In this document: positions 9,376 to 19,060 of the stretch, piece after piece
Layout: every line of letters starts with the position of its first letter
How positions within the stretch are numbered: position 1 is the first letter of the stretch
Assembly (NCBI GenBank): GCA_046540335.1
Contig: JBKHFH010000005.1
Location: forward strand, 1-43,328
DNA from: Thermoplasmata archaeon
GTDB lineage: Archaea; Thermoplasmatota; Thermoplasmata; Halarchaeoplasmatales; Halarchaeoplasmataceae
Direction of reading: 5' to 3'
Length of the DNA stretch: 43,328 bases
Made by a program: the position numbers and the translations under genes
Notes under the pieces: generated by a model
Databases searched by the model: none
The model's input: the letters and a program-made list of their open reading frames with translations, nothing else
Told to the model about the DNA's origin: nothing

Positions 9376-10236
9376 ATGGGCAGTAAAAGGAAGGTAAAGA
9401 AGGCAGTCAATGCTGACTTGAAAGAGAAGATAGACGAGTGTACCTTCGAAAGCCCATTTTTTAATAAGGAAGAAAACAACAGTTATGGCCATTTCAGCAG
9501 TGTGATCAAGGAGATAAAAGACGGTGAAGGAGGTACCAGCCATCTTGTAAAGATCAGACCCCCTTTATTTTATCTGAACGGTATCCTCAGTAACCTATCA
9601 AGATTACTCTCAAGTACCGGGTCAAGAAAGATACTGGATAACGAGAGATGGAGGCTCCGTGAGAAGGAATATTTGAAGACTTTGAACCCCGATTTTGAAA
9701 TCGACGATACGGAGCACGAAAATGCCATACTGATGGAAAAGATCGAAGGTGAAGTAGCATATGATCTTCTTTCTTCTGAAGAGGTAAGCGATGAAGAAAA
9801 ACTAAAGATAATCAAGGATATCTCTAATGGTTTGAATGACATACATCAGAGAAATCTTTACCATGGCGAACCCAATACTCAGAACTGTTTGATATCGGAA
9901 GACGGCGAAGTATACTGGATAGATTTTGAGATAGAATATCATGAAGATCTATCTCTTCTCGAAAAGAAAACTAAAGACCTGGAACAGATGGCTCTGTCTA
10001 TGATGGGCGCCTTCAAAGAGGAGGGTGAGATAGGTCTCGACGACGAGGAACTCATCGATTTCATACTAGAGTCGTATGGGGGCGATGACGTAATCTCCTA
10101 TTTCATGAATAATGCACATATCCCTCTTCTCGGTCCTTATCGCATTTATCAGCTCTCATTCAGCTCTGCCTATAGGTTCTATCAGGTGCAGGTTAATGTT
10201 ATGAAATATCTGAATTCGTGGGAGTCTGAAACTTGA
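9376..10236 (+). CDS. Protein-kinase-fold (Bud32/RIO/Kdo-like) protein
   Basis: LVK, ILMEKIEG, HGEPNTQN catalytic-loop-like and WIDFE motifs. ATG 9376 (alternative TTG 9367). Confidence 0.7.
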   Translation: MGSKRKVKKAVNADLKEKIDECTFESPFFNKEENNSYGHFSSVIKEIKDGEGGTSHLVKIRPPLFYLNGILSNLSRLLSSTGSRKILDNERWRLREKEYLKTLNPDFEIDDTEHENAILMEKIEGEVAYDLLSSEEVSDEEKLKIIKDISNGLNDIHQRNLYHGEPNTQNCLISEDGEVYWIDFEIEYHEDLSLLEKKTKDLEQMALSMMGAFKEEGEIGLDDEELIDFILESYGGDDVISYFMNNAHIPLLGPYRIYQLSFSSAYRFYQVQVNVMKYLNSWESET

Positions 10237-10802
10237 ATGGTGAGTTTGCCGACATCACCGTATTGAATGAGGATCCAGTGATCAGATTTTTAATTTCTAT
10301 CTTTCCAGCTGTCATAGGGGCAGTTTTGCTGTATTTATTGGGATCCGATATATATATGCCTGTTTCAAAGGTCTTCATCGCCTTCTATTTCGCTCTAGGA
10401 GTTGGATGGATACTCTCTCCAGCCATCGCATTGGCCTCCGGTATTCATCCCGTGTGGGTGATTTTAATTTTAGTTTTTATCTCATCTGAGAGCTCTCTTA
10501 TAGTGAGTGCTAATTATCCTCTTCTTGAGAAGGTTCCCTTGTTAGGGACTTATATGAAACGCCTGAGAAGCAGAGCGATGGATGTAATTGAAAAGAAGAA
10601 GATAATCAAAAAAGTTGAGTATTTAGGTATTTTCTGGCTCATGTTTTTACCTGTTTACGGCTTCGGACCGAACGTTATGACCTTGGTGGGAAGATTACTG
10701 GGACTCGAATGGAAAAGGGTTTGGGCTGTCATAACTTTCTCCGCTGCGGTGAGATTTTCTCTTGTCACTGTATTGCTGTATATAGGATATTTATCGATAT
10801 AA
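10233..10802 (+). CDS. Small multidrug export family membrane protein (COG2426-like)
   Basis: Multiple TM segments and FLPVYGFGP...LLGL motif; overlaps the upstream stop codon. Confidence 0.7.
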   Translation: MNGEFADITVLNEDPVIRFLISIFPAVIGAVLLYLLGSDIYMPVSKVFIAFYFALGVGWILSPAIALASGIHPVWVILILVFISSESSLIVSANYPLLEKVPLLGTYMKRLRSRAMDVIEKKKIIKKVEYLGIFWLMFLPVYGFGPNVMTLVGRLLGLEWKRVWAVITFSAAVRFSLVTVLLYIGYLSI

Positions 10803-10821
10803 CAAAAGTTAGATTTTAACG

Positions 10822-10836
10822 AAACATTTATATATT
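10822..10836 (+). promoter_or_regulatory. BRE/TATA promoter of tfb
   Basis: AAACATTTATATATT about 155 nt upstream of the tfb ATG, implying a long 5' UTR. Confidence 0.5.
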
Positions 10837-10991
10837 ACCAACGAACAGATGTTTATAGAAGAACTAGAAGTATTTGAGATTGCTTAGGTGGGGCGTGGGG
10901 ATACGGTTTAGAGAGGACATTAAATTTTTGGTATCAGTATATATCATCTATCCTCTCCCTATCAAGATCAAAAATATTAGAGGTGTTATAT

Positions 10992-11945
10992 ATGACCGCT
11001 GAGGCAAGAACGAAAGGAGAAGATAAACCCGTTATAGAAAGAGTCACTGAGTGTCCAGAATGTGGAAGCTCGCAGCTAGCTCAAGATTATGATAGAGGCG
11101 AATTGATCTGTGAAGAGTGTGGATTGGTCATAGATGATCAATACATAGATCAAGGACCTGAATGGAGAGCTTTTGATATGCAGCAGGAGCAGAACAGGGC
11201 TAGAGCAGGTCCTGCCATGACTGAAATGATGCATGATAGAGGTTTATCCACTAAAATAGATGAAAGCAATCGAGATTCTCAGGGCAGGACTCTGTCCAGC
11301 AGTAAGAAAGCCCAGATGTATAGACTCAGGAAATGGCAGAGAAGAAGTAGAGTATCCGGTGCTAGAGAGAGCACCCTTGTTTCAGCTCTCAGTGAGATCA
11401 AGCGTTTGGCTTCCACTATGGGGCTGCCGAACCATGTGAAGGAAAGGTCCGCCTCTATTTACAGAAAGGCTGTTGAGAAGAACCTTATCCGTGGCAGGAG
11501 TGTTAAGATAGTCGCTACCGCGGTCCTATATACCGCATGTAGGGAATTGGGGATACCTAGAACACTAGATGAATTCGCCGAGGTCACTAAATTTGACAGA
11601 AAAGAGATAGGTAGGACTTACAGGTTCCTTAAATGGGAGTTGAATATGAAGCTCGAACCGACCAAACCTCAAAACTATCTCCAGAAATTCTGCAATGAAC
11701 TCAATTTGGGCGGCGATGTTAAGAAACTCGCGGAGCAGATACTGAACAGGGCGGAACAGGAAGAACTATTATCAGGCAAGGGCCCGACCGGTCTTGCCGC
11801 GGCTGCCATCTATATCGCCGGGATAAAGACCGGAGAGCGAAGGACACAGATAGAGATCGCGGACGTTGCGGATGTAACCGAGGTCACTGTGAGAAATAGA
11901 TACAAAGAACTGGCGGATAAACTCAATATGACCGTTGAAGTCTGA
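10992..11945 (+). CDS. tfb: Transcription initiation factor IIB
   Basis: CPECGS...CEECG Zn ribbon, IDQGPEWRAF, LIRGRS, GKGPTGLAAAAIY and VTEVTVRNRYKEL. GAGGTG SD before ATG 10992. Confidence 0.97.
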   Translation: MTAEARTKGEDKPVIERVTECPECGSSQLAQDYDRGELICEECGLVIDDQYIDQGPEWRAFDMQQEQNRARAGPAMTEMMHDRGLSTKIDESNRDSQGRTLSSSKKAQMYRLRKWQRRSRVSGARESTLVSALSEIKRLASTMGLPNHVKERSASIYRKAVEKNLIRGRSVKIVATAVLYTACRELGIPRTLDEFAEVTKFDRKEIGRTYRFLKWELNMKLEPTKPQNYLQKFCNELNLGGDVKKLAEQILNRAEQEELLSGKGPTGLAAAAIYIAGIKTGERRTQIEIADVADVTEVTVRNRYKELADKLNMTVEV

Positions 11946-12013
11946 TATCCATCCTTTAAGTCAGGTTCCATAGATTTATATGTGCTGAATCTATCATAGA
12001 GGTAGGAGATAAT

Positions 12014-12433
12014 ATGGAATATGGACAAGAGGGAAAAATCATTGTAGCTAAATTAGATGATGGCAGTGATTTTTTCGAATCTTTAAAGGAGATCATGTCG
12101 GAGATCGATCAAGACTGTGGTGTGCTAGTAACCGGAATAGGGATGTTGAGGAATTTTAAGTTAGGCTACTACAACATGGAGAGTGGAGAATACGAGTTTG
12201 AGAAATACGAAAAACCGATGGAGTTGGTGTCAGTAAATGGGAGCATAACTGAAGATGTCAGCATCCATATGCATGCTGAACTAGCGGATGAGGATCACCA
12301 AGTTATAGGAGGGCACCTGAAAGAGGCAGAGGTATGTAATGTCAATGAGATAACTATGATAGTGTTCGACGAATTGAAGATGACGAAAAAATATGACAAG
12401 GAACTAGATACTGATCTCCTAACTGTAAGGTGA
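12014..12433 (+). CDS. PPC-domain (DUF296) putative DNA-binding protein
   Basis: GIGML, ELVSVNGSI, HMHAEL and GGHL motifs. Confidence 0.9.
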   Translation: MEYGQEGKIIVAKLDDGSDFFESLKEIMSEIDQDCGVLVTGIGMLRNFKLGYYNMESGEYEFEKYEKPMELVSVNGSITEDVSIHMHAELADEDHQVIGGHLKEAEVCNVNEITMIVFDELKMTKKYDKELDTDLLTVR

Positions 12434-12439
12434 GAATAT

Positions 12440-12850
12440 ATCGGTTACGAACAAATTGATCATACAGCAGATGTTGGTATTCACGCCTACGGAGAAGACC
12501 TCGAAGAAGTTTTCGAAGAGACTGCCCGAGGGATGTTCAGCATAATCACTGATTTATCTCATGTCGAATCGAAGGACCACCGCGAAATAGAGCTAGAATC
12601 TGACAATCTAGAGAGCTTATTGGTGAATTTTCTCTCTGAACTGATCTATCTCCATGAAGTTTATAATGAGTTATACGCTGAATTCGATGTAGAGATAGAG
12701 GAAAAGGATAAGATAATATTGAGAGCGAAAGTTGATGGGGAAAAGATCGATTTGGAGAGGCACGTTATGGATACGGCCGTGAAGGCGGTTTCCTATCACG
12801 AATTGAGGATCGACCCTGACGGAGACGTCGAGATAATCTTCGATATCTAA
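12440..12850 (+). CDS. Archease (RtcB cofactor); probable ATC start
   Basis: The frame is open from 12434. It reads (I/M)GYEQIDHTADVGIHAYG...KAVSYH...FDI. The conserved DHTAD motif lies upstream of the ORF-track ATG at 12533. Confidence 0.9.
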   Translation: MGYEQIDHTADVGIHAYGEDLEEVFEETARGMFSIITDLSHVESKDHREIELESDNLESLLVNFLSELIYLHEVYNELYAEFDVEIEEKDKIILRAKVDGEKIDLERHVMDTAVKAVSYHELRIDPDGDVEIIFDI

Positions 12851-12917
12851 GTCTCTACTTTCACTGACCCCTATCAGGAAAATTAATAAGTGACTTCGGT
12901 GTGAGATACGTGGTAAA

Positions 12918-13859
12918 ATGAGCGAAAATAAAATAACCAAGTTGCCAGGAGTAGGACCCGCAACTGCAGAAAAGCTCATGGATGCAGGTTACAAAGATCT
13001 AATGTCCATAGCTGTGGAATCGCCCCGCGTCCTGTCTGACGTGGCCGATATCGGTGATTCTACTGCAGGGAAGATAATCCAGGCCGCGAAGGATGCGGCT
13101 GATATAGGGGGGTTCGAGACTGGTGATCAACTTTTGGAGAAAAGAAAAAATATCGGAAAGCTGAGCACCTCTGCAGAGAGTTTTGACGATCTTCTCGGAG
13201 GAGGAATTGAGACTGGATCGATAACCGAATTCTTTGGAGAATTCGGTTCAGGTAAAACTCAGGTCGCTCACCAATTACTAGTCAATGCGACACTTCCCGA
13301 AGAAAAGGGCGGTTTAAACGGTGAGGCGATGATCATAGATACAGAAAACAGTTTCAGACCAGAAAGGATAACGGAGATAGCAGAGACCAGAGAACTGGAC
13401 GCTGAAAGTATTTTGGAAGATATACACGTAGCTAGAGCATTCAATACGCACCATCAGATGCTGCTCGCAGAAGAAGCTCTTGATCTCGGTGATGAACATC
13501 CTATCAAGCTGCTAGTTATTGACTCTCTCACCTCCCATTTCAGGGCTGAGTACGTCGGTAGAGGTTCATTAGCCGAAAGACAGCAAACGTTGAACAAACA
13601 CCTACATGAACTATTGAAATTCGCAGAGAGGAATAATGCTGCTATAGTCGTAACAAATCAAGTGACCGCGAACCCAGATCAGTTCTTTGGTGATCCGACA
13701 AAACCGATAGGTGGACACATACTGGGTCATACAGCTACCTTTAGAGTTTACCTGAGGAAGAGCAAAGGGGATAAAAGGATAGCAAGGCTCGTAGATTCTC
13801 CCAATATGCCGGAGGGCGAAGCTGTATTCAAAGTAGAGGCTTGTGGGGTCACTGAATAA
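12918..13859 (+). CDS. radA: DNA repair and recombination protein RadA
   Basis: LPGVGPATA Hh[37 protein letters not shown] and RIARLVDSP motifs. Confidence 0.98.
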   Translation: MSENKITKLPGVGPATAEKLMDAGYKDLMSIAVESPRVLSDVADIGDSTAGKIIQAAKDAADIGGFETGDQLLEKRKNIGKLSTSAESFDDLLGGGIETGSITEFFGEFGSGKTQVAHQLLVNATLPEEKGGLNGEAMIIDTENSFRPERITEIAETRELDAESILEDIHVARAFNTHHQMLLAEEALDLGDEHPIKLLVIDSLTSHFRAEYVGRGSLAERQQTLNKHLHELLKFAERNNAAIVVTNQVTANPDQFFGDPTKPIGGHILGHTATFRVYLRKSKGDKRIARLVDSPNMPEGEAVFKVEACGVTE

Positions 13860-13925
13860 GACAAGCGGAGAACAACTAAGTGTCTTTAACAACTGAGACA
13901 CGAAATCAAAAACTCTTATTTATAT

Positions 13926-13960
13926 ATTGGAGAAAATCCAATTTTTTGCTTTTTTTATTT
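13926..13960 (+). terminator. Probable radA terminator
   Basis: ATTGGA-GAAAA-TCCAAT hairpin followed by T-runs. Confidence 0.5.
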
Positions 13961-14030
13961 AAAGATTATCCACGTTTATCCTCTAAAACTGGAAAAAATT
14001 TAAATGAGTCCCTAATCGATAATATATACA

Positions 14031-14106
14031 GGGTATTCGGGGCTAGTAGGTTAGAGTGCATCCCATCCCACCATCCTGACCTAAAGAACTAGCCCCTCCC
14101 TTTTTT
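14031..14106 (+). ncRNA. Candidate small structured RNA (unassigned family)
   Basis: GC-rich island. GGGGCTAGT (14039-47) pairs with ACTAGCCCC (14088-96), and AGGTTAG (14048-54) pairs with CTGACCT (14076-82). There is a BRE/TATA (GAAAAAATTTAAAT, ~13992-14005) upstream and a T-run directly downstream. Confidence 0.55.
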
Positions 14107-14122
14107 CTTTCCTAGCTTTCTA

Positions 14123-16294
14123 TCATACTTTGTCTAGGGAAGAGGCAATTACGGCCTGTCCGAAGGGAACACCCATATCTCCGTTCGGTATCTTTTCGTG
14201 AGTTAATAACTCGCACCCTCTATCTTTCAGATAGGTCTCTATTGTCTTTGCTATGGGTCGGTTGTAGGAGACCCCTCCTGATATACCTATATTTTTCACT
14301 CCTTCCCCTTCACAACTCTGTAGAGCCGCCTCGGCTAGAGTTTCGGATACTGCCTTCACGTAGGAGAGTGCTCGGTTTTCTCTGGATATATCATCATCCA
14401 ACATGTTTAAGAACGGATCTAAAGACTTGATCTCGTCTCCTTCGATCTTCACGTCGTAATCCTTGACGTCTTTCCCTTTAATCAGTTGCTTCTCCAATTT
14501 CATGGCAGGTTCACCCTCATAGGTCCTGTCTTTACATACCTCGAGACCACAAGAGACCGCATCGAGCAGTCTTCCGAAACTAGACGTTTTAACCGCGTCG
14601 TCCATCATTTTATTGAAGATGTCTTTTTTTTCCTGATCAAAATAGTCTCCATTCAGACCTTTCTTTTTCTGGATAGCATATACAAGCCGTTTAGGTTCTT
14701 TCACTGCTTTTTCTCCTCCTAACAGCGGGAAGTTCTCTAGATGGTAGAGTCTATCGTATCCCTTTTTATCACAGCGGAGTATCTCACCGCCCCAACTATT
14801 GCCGTCTTCTCCGTATCCTGTCCCGTCCACAGCAATGGTTATGATCTCTTCGATATCGTGTTCTAGCAATAAAGAGGCACCGTGTGCCCAGTGATGCTGC
14901 ACCTCATGTATATCTGCATCGAATCTATCTGCAAAGTTTAACCCTAGCTTTCGGCTTTGATATTTTGGGTGTAGATCAACAGCAACAGAATTAATTTTGT
15001 CTATCCCCAGTAGTGACATCAAGTGATCTGCGGTCCTTTCATAGAATTTGGTGGCAGAGTAAGACTTCAGATCACCCAGGTATTGACTTGCGTATAACAA
15101 CTCATCTGTAGATAATGCAAGACAACCATCTTTGTCTGCACCGGCAGCCATGACATTTGCGTCAACAAAGTCCAAAGGCGAGGGAACATAACCTCTAGAT
15201 CTCCTTATGATTAATGCATCTTCTCCATGAGTTCTGACCAGTGAGTCATCGACCCTATTTGCTATCTTTCTATTGTGGAGTAGAAAATAATCAAAAGGTA
15301 GCTCGAAGGCCTGATCATCCTTTATAACCATCGGTTCTCCCGGAGGATTAGCGCTGGTCATCACAACCGCTTCTAGGTCACTTTTTTCAAATAAGAGATG
15401 ATGAAATCCGGTGTAGGGAAGCATTATACCTACGGTAGGTAGATCCGGTGCGACGTAATCCAAGATCTCGCTGTCTAGATCTTTCTTTTTAAACACCATT
15501 ATCGGCCGCCTTGGGCCTTGGAATAGATCTTTCCTGTCTATCTCGGCGTATTTTTCCGCAGTTTGAATATCTGGGACCATTATCGCGAAAGGTTTTTCAG
15601 GGCGACCGTATTTTTTCCTCAATCTCGGTATCTCCTCCAGCTTGCAGACTATATGCATCCCTCCCCAGCTCTTCGCGATACCGATCTCTCCTTCTTCTAT
15701 CAATCCTACAAATTCTGATATGCCTCCTATCTTTTCTTTATTTTTGTCATAAAGAGTGTATTCAGGCCCGCAATCGGGACATGATATGGTCTGCGCGTGA
15801 AACCTCCTGTCCATCGGGGCTTCGTATTCCACTTGACATTCTTCACACATCGGGAATTCTCTCATCGTTGTTTTCTCACGATCATATGGGAGCGAATAGA
15901 TAGCTGAATACCGGGCTCCACAGTTGGTACAGTTTGTGAAAGCATATCCTTCTCTTCTGTCATCTTCTCGCTTCATCTCTTCCAAACAATCCTCGCATAG
16001 AGCGGTGTCGACCGGGATCGTAGAAGATTCTTTCTTACCGCTGGTGCTTTCCACTATCTCGAATCTATCCGCCGAAACTTCTTTCTCCCGCTTTTCTATC
16101 TCCTCTATCTTCGCAAGAGGAGGAAGGCTCTTTTTCAATTCATTTAAGAATTTCTCCCCATCGCTGTCTATGACCACTTCCACTTCTCCACCCATGTTCT
16201 TTACATAGCCATTTAGTCCTAAAGCTTTCGCGACTCTATAGACTGTTGGTCTGAAACCCACACCTTGAACAGTTCCCTTCAGGATCAGCTTCAT
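14123..16294 (-). CDS. hypF: Carbamoyltransferase HypF ([NiFe]-hydrogenase maturation)
   Basis: Acylphosphatase VQGVGFRP, CxxC Zn fingers, RRSRGYVP, DLHP, QHHWAH, DGTGYG and PNGDMG motifs. Confidence 0.97.
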   Translation of the reverse strand: MKLILKGTVQGVGFRPTVYRVAKALGLNGYVKNMGGEVEVVIDSDGEKFLNELKKSLPPLAKIEEIEKREKEVSADRFEIVESTSGKKESSTIPVDTALCEDCLEEMKREDDRREGYAFTNCTNCGARYSAIYSLPYDREKTTMREFPMCEECQVEYEAPMDRRFHAQTISCPDCGPEYTLYDKNKEKIGGISEFVGLIEEGEIGIAKSWGGMHIVCKLEEIPRLRKKYGRPEKPFAIMVPDIQTAEKYAEIDRKDLFQGPRRPIMVFKKKDLDSEILDYVAPDLPTVGIMLPYTGFHHLLFEKSDLEAVVMTSANPPGEPMVIKDDQAFELPFDYFLLHNRKIANRVDDSLVRTHGEDALIIRRSRGYVPSPLDFVDANVMAAGADKDGCLALSTDELLYASQYLGDLKSYSATKFYERTADHLMSLLGIDKINSVAVDLHPKYQSRKLGLNFADRFDADIHEVQHHWAHGASLLLEHDIEEIITIAVDGTGYGEDGNSWGGEILRCDKKGYDRLYHLENFPLLGGEKAVKEPKRLVYAIQKKKGLNGDYFDQEKKDIFNKMMDDAVKTSSFGRLLDAVSCGLEVCKDRTYEGEPAMKLEKQLIKGKDVKDYDVKIEGDEIKSLDPFLNMLDDDISRENRALSYVKAVSETLAEAALQSCEGEGVKNIGISGGVSYNRPIAKTIETYLKDRGCELLTHEKIPNGDMGVPFGQAVIASSLDKV

Positions 16295-16371
16295 CGATTA
16301 AAAGACAAGACGACTGCTTTTTATATTTACCTATCGCAAAGTCTAATTAACTACATATACTATACAGATCG

Positions 16372-17019
16372 ATGATATGCGGTATAGACGAGGCTGGTAG
16401 GGGTCCGGTCATCGGACCGCTGGTCGTAGCCGCGGTGAAAGTCAATGATGATGGGAAGCTTATGGAACTCGGCGTTAAAGATTCAAAGAGATTGACCCCA
16501 TCGGTCAGAAGAGAGCTTGAAAATGAGATTAAGAACTGTGTAGAATTCAGTCTCAGAGTGGTCTCGGCGGAAGATATAGATTCCGCACGACAGCGGATGA
16601 GTTTGAATGAACTGGAAGCGGATCTTTTCGCAGGGTTGATAGAGGAATTGTGTACAGGAAAGGATAGATGTTACGTAGATTCCGCCTCTACTAACGAGAG
16701 AAAATTCGCGGAGATGTTGAAAGCTAGGGTCGATGTAGATGTAAAGATCATCTCCGAACACGGAGCTGATGATGAATATCCTGCGGTGTCGGCAGCCTCG
16801 ATACTCGCCAAAGTTGAGCGAGATAGGAAGGTGAAAGAGATCTCTAAGAAGTTTGAAAGAGATATTGGGAGTGGATACCCCTCAGATACTATGACCCAGG
16901 AATTTCTCAAAGAGTGGATACCAGAAAATGGTTCGTTACCTCCTCACACCCGTGAAAGCTGGGATACCTGTAAGCAATTGATGAACAGATTCAAAAACCG
17001 TTCGCTAGATGAGTTCTAA
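16372..17019 (+). CDS. rnhB: Ribonuclease HII
   Basis: GIDEAGRGPVIGPL, DSKRL, VSAASILAKV, GSGYPSD and a C-terminal PIP-box-like NRSLDEF. Confidence 0.97.
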   Translation: MICGIDEAGRGPVIGPLVVAAVKVNDDGKLMELGVKDSKRLTPSVRRELENEIKNCVEFSLRVVSAEDIDSARQRMSLNELEADLFAGLIEELCTGKDRCYVDSASTNERKFAEMLKARVDVDVKIISEHGADDEYPAVSAASILAKVERDRKVKEISKKFERDIGSGYPSDTMTQEFLKEWIPENGSLPPHTRESWDTCKQLMNRFKNRSLDEF

Positions 17020-17071
17020 ATATTGCAAAATACTTTTATGCGGATACATGATTACAAAAGAGAGGAAAAAG

Positions 17072-17416
17072 ATGTCAGTTGAAGAAGAAAAGGAAGTATT
17101 AGAAGACATGCTCAGAAAATTCGAAAAAAAGGTCGAAGAAGACGAATCACTCGAGGATAAGATGGAAGGTTTTCAAAGAGATATACAGGTCGATTTCGAC
17201 TCCGGCAACCAATACAATCTGTCTATCGATGGGGTCGAATTGAGTGATATCGAAGATGGGCCAGTAAAAGATGCCGATATCGTTCTATCCAGTAGCGCTG
17301 AAACTCTGCGTGATCTCCTCGAAGGAGAAATAGGTGCTATGCAGGCCTACGCGAGCAACAAGATAAAAGTAGATGCTTCACTTACTGACATGTTGAAGTT
17401 CAAGAAGCTTTTCTAA
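17072..17416 (+). CDS. SCP2 sterol/lipid-binding domain protein
   Basis: ADIVL...LLEGEIGAMQAYASNKIKV pattern. GAGAGG SD before ATG 17072. Confidence 0.8.
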   Translation: MSVEEEKEVLEDMLRKFEKKVEEDESLEDKMEGFQRDIQVDFDSGNQYNLSIDGVELSDIEDGPVKDADIVLSSSAETLRDLLEGEIGAMQAYASNKIKVDASLTDMLKFKKLF

Positions 17417-18702
17417 CTGTAGCGATTGGCCTTTTCTGGTGGGTGCTTCATGAATTCCCTTAAGAGAGTTGTAGCATAAGTGCCCTTGTTCAGGCTGAAA
17501 TTCAATTTCAATGCTTTCCCCTCGACCCCCCATTTTAAGTCACCGACTGGGGCGAATATATTTCTGCGGGTCCCGGTCGAGCTGATAGATGAGATCTCGG
17601 GAATTATGAAATCTTCCTTTTCGATATTTTCTTCTTCGATCACTTTCCTCTCGATATCTCCTTGTTCACCTTCTGAAAGCTCGGACTTATGACCGTAAAG
17701 AGGAGCACTTACATACGCCTTTCCATCTCGGACCATTTTTGATGCTTTCGTCAGGCTGCGTTCATTCACCTTTACTTTGGTGTCTTTATTGGGAAGTCCG
17801 TTCGAATCGGCAGGGAGGATTACGTCTCCAAGTAAAGCATCGTAAAGTGGCAAGTCTCTTTTTAAACGAAGAGAAACCATCTTATTGAAAAGATAGGATT
17901 GATAAGCGTGAACGAACATCATCAGTAGGTTATGAGGCAGAGTTTTTAGCGCGTTGACGAAGTCTCCAGGATTTTCTTTCAGATATTTTAATATGCCTTT
18001 TTCGAAGGTCAAAATATCCGGGTATATTTTGAGAGCCTCTTCTGGATCCCAATCATTTTCCAGAAATTTCCTTGCTTCGAAGCATTCTTCACCTTCTCCT
18101 TTTACTGGATATGTGACGTATTTTTTTACTGCACCTTCAAAATCACCTTTCAATATCTTCTTGCCGACGAGATGGGTGATCGGCCTAATGGTGCCGAACC
18201 GCTGGACTCCGAACCAATTCGGGAATCCACCTTTTTCCTGTATCTTTTCGCCGATTTTATCGGCCCTATTCAGTGCCTCTTCGGGCTCTACATCCATATC
18301 TCTGACCAGAATCTCGAACCGGTTTTTCTTGTGGGCTCCCAGATTCAAAGAGCGGTGAGAAGTGAAAAATTCTTCTACTTCTATATCCTTTATATTCAAT
18401 CCTTGTAATCTTTCTGGTTTGCATTTGAAGGACATCCATTGGGTGGTGATAGCTCTTTTGTCTTTAGTACCGCAGAAATCGATATCATCCCTAGAGATAC
18501 TCAATTCCTGTGAGAGTTTTTTGATCAATCGATTGGTCTCCCAGTTTCTTGACCAGATCTTCGCTATACTGTATTTTCCTTCACTCTCTTCAAAAAGATC
18601 TATCTCCTCTTCCACCCTGAAGTCCTCAGGATATTTCTTTAATTTTCCTCCCACACCGGGGACATCGGTAAAAAAATAGTCCAGCCCCACCTTCTTTTCC
18701 AT
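17413..18702 (-). CDS. truD: tRNA pseudouridine(13) synthase TruD/Pus7
   Basis: PEDFRVEE, GTKDKRAITTQW, PNWFGVQRFG, HAYQSYLFN and KGTYATTLLRE motifs. Confidence 0.96.
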   Translation of the reverse strand: MEKKVGLDYFFTDVPGVGGKLKKYPEDFRVEEEIDLFEESEGKYSIAKIWSRNWETNRLIKKLSQELSISRDDIDFCGTKDKRAITTQWMSFKCKPERLQGLNIKDIEVEEFFTSHRSLNLGAHKKNRFEILVRDMDVEPEEALNRADKIGEKIQEKGGFPNWFGVQRFGTIRPITHLVGKKILKGDFEGAVKKYVTYPVKGEGEECFEARKFLENDWDPEEALKIYPDILTFEKGILKYLKENPGDFVNALKTLPHNLLMMFVHAYQSYLFNKMVSLRLKRDLPLYDALLGDVILPADSNGLPNKDTKVKVNERSLTKASKMVRDGKAYVSAPLYGHKSELSEGEQGDIERKVIEEENIEKEDFIIPEISSISSTGTRRNIFAPVGDLKWGVEGKALKLNFSLNKGTYATTLLREFMKHPPEKANRYS

Positions 18703-18734
18703 GGACACCTCACCGGTCTCGTTTTTAAGATAAT

Positions 18735-19010
18735 TTACTCCTCTTCAAACATATCGGAATATATCTCTTCGATCTCCTCCTGGAACGACTTTGAGATATC
18801 GGTCAGTATCTTTTTTGGATCGCTTCCTTCAGTAACTTCCACTCTGAGAACGGGGTCATCCAAATCTTGGTGCTCGACTGAATAATCTGCAGTTGTGACC
18901 TGCTCTTCTTTCACCAGTTGTTCTATCAAAGGGTACATCACGGTGTCGTCTGCGTTTTTGATCTTTACTTCTAACGTCGTGTCGGTTTTTTCCAGTATTT
19001 CGAAATCCAT
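18735..19010 (-). CDS. rpoL: RNA polymerase subunit L (Rpo11), divergent
   Basis: Length (91 aa) and pattern LEVKI..ADDT...L.......V..ADY...H.....P.L.V....DPK. Confidence 0.7.
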   Translation of the reverse strand: MDFEILEKTDTTLEVKIKNADDTVMYPLIEQLVKEEQVTTADYSVEHQDLDDPVLRVEVTEGSDPKKILTDISKSFQEEIEEIYSDMFEEE

Positions 19011-19060
19011 ATCTATACACCATCTCGGTTAGCGTCTTGGAAATATTGAAGTTTATACTA

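Noticed and set aside
13880-14092. 70-aa ORF and a DnaA-box-like TTATCCAC
   Set aside because: The ORF crosses terminator and promoter sequence with atypical composition. A single imperfect box in an archaeon is not meaningful.
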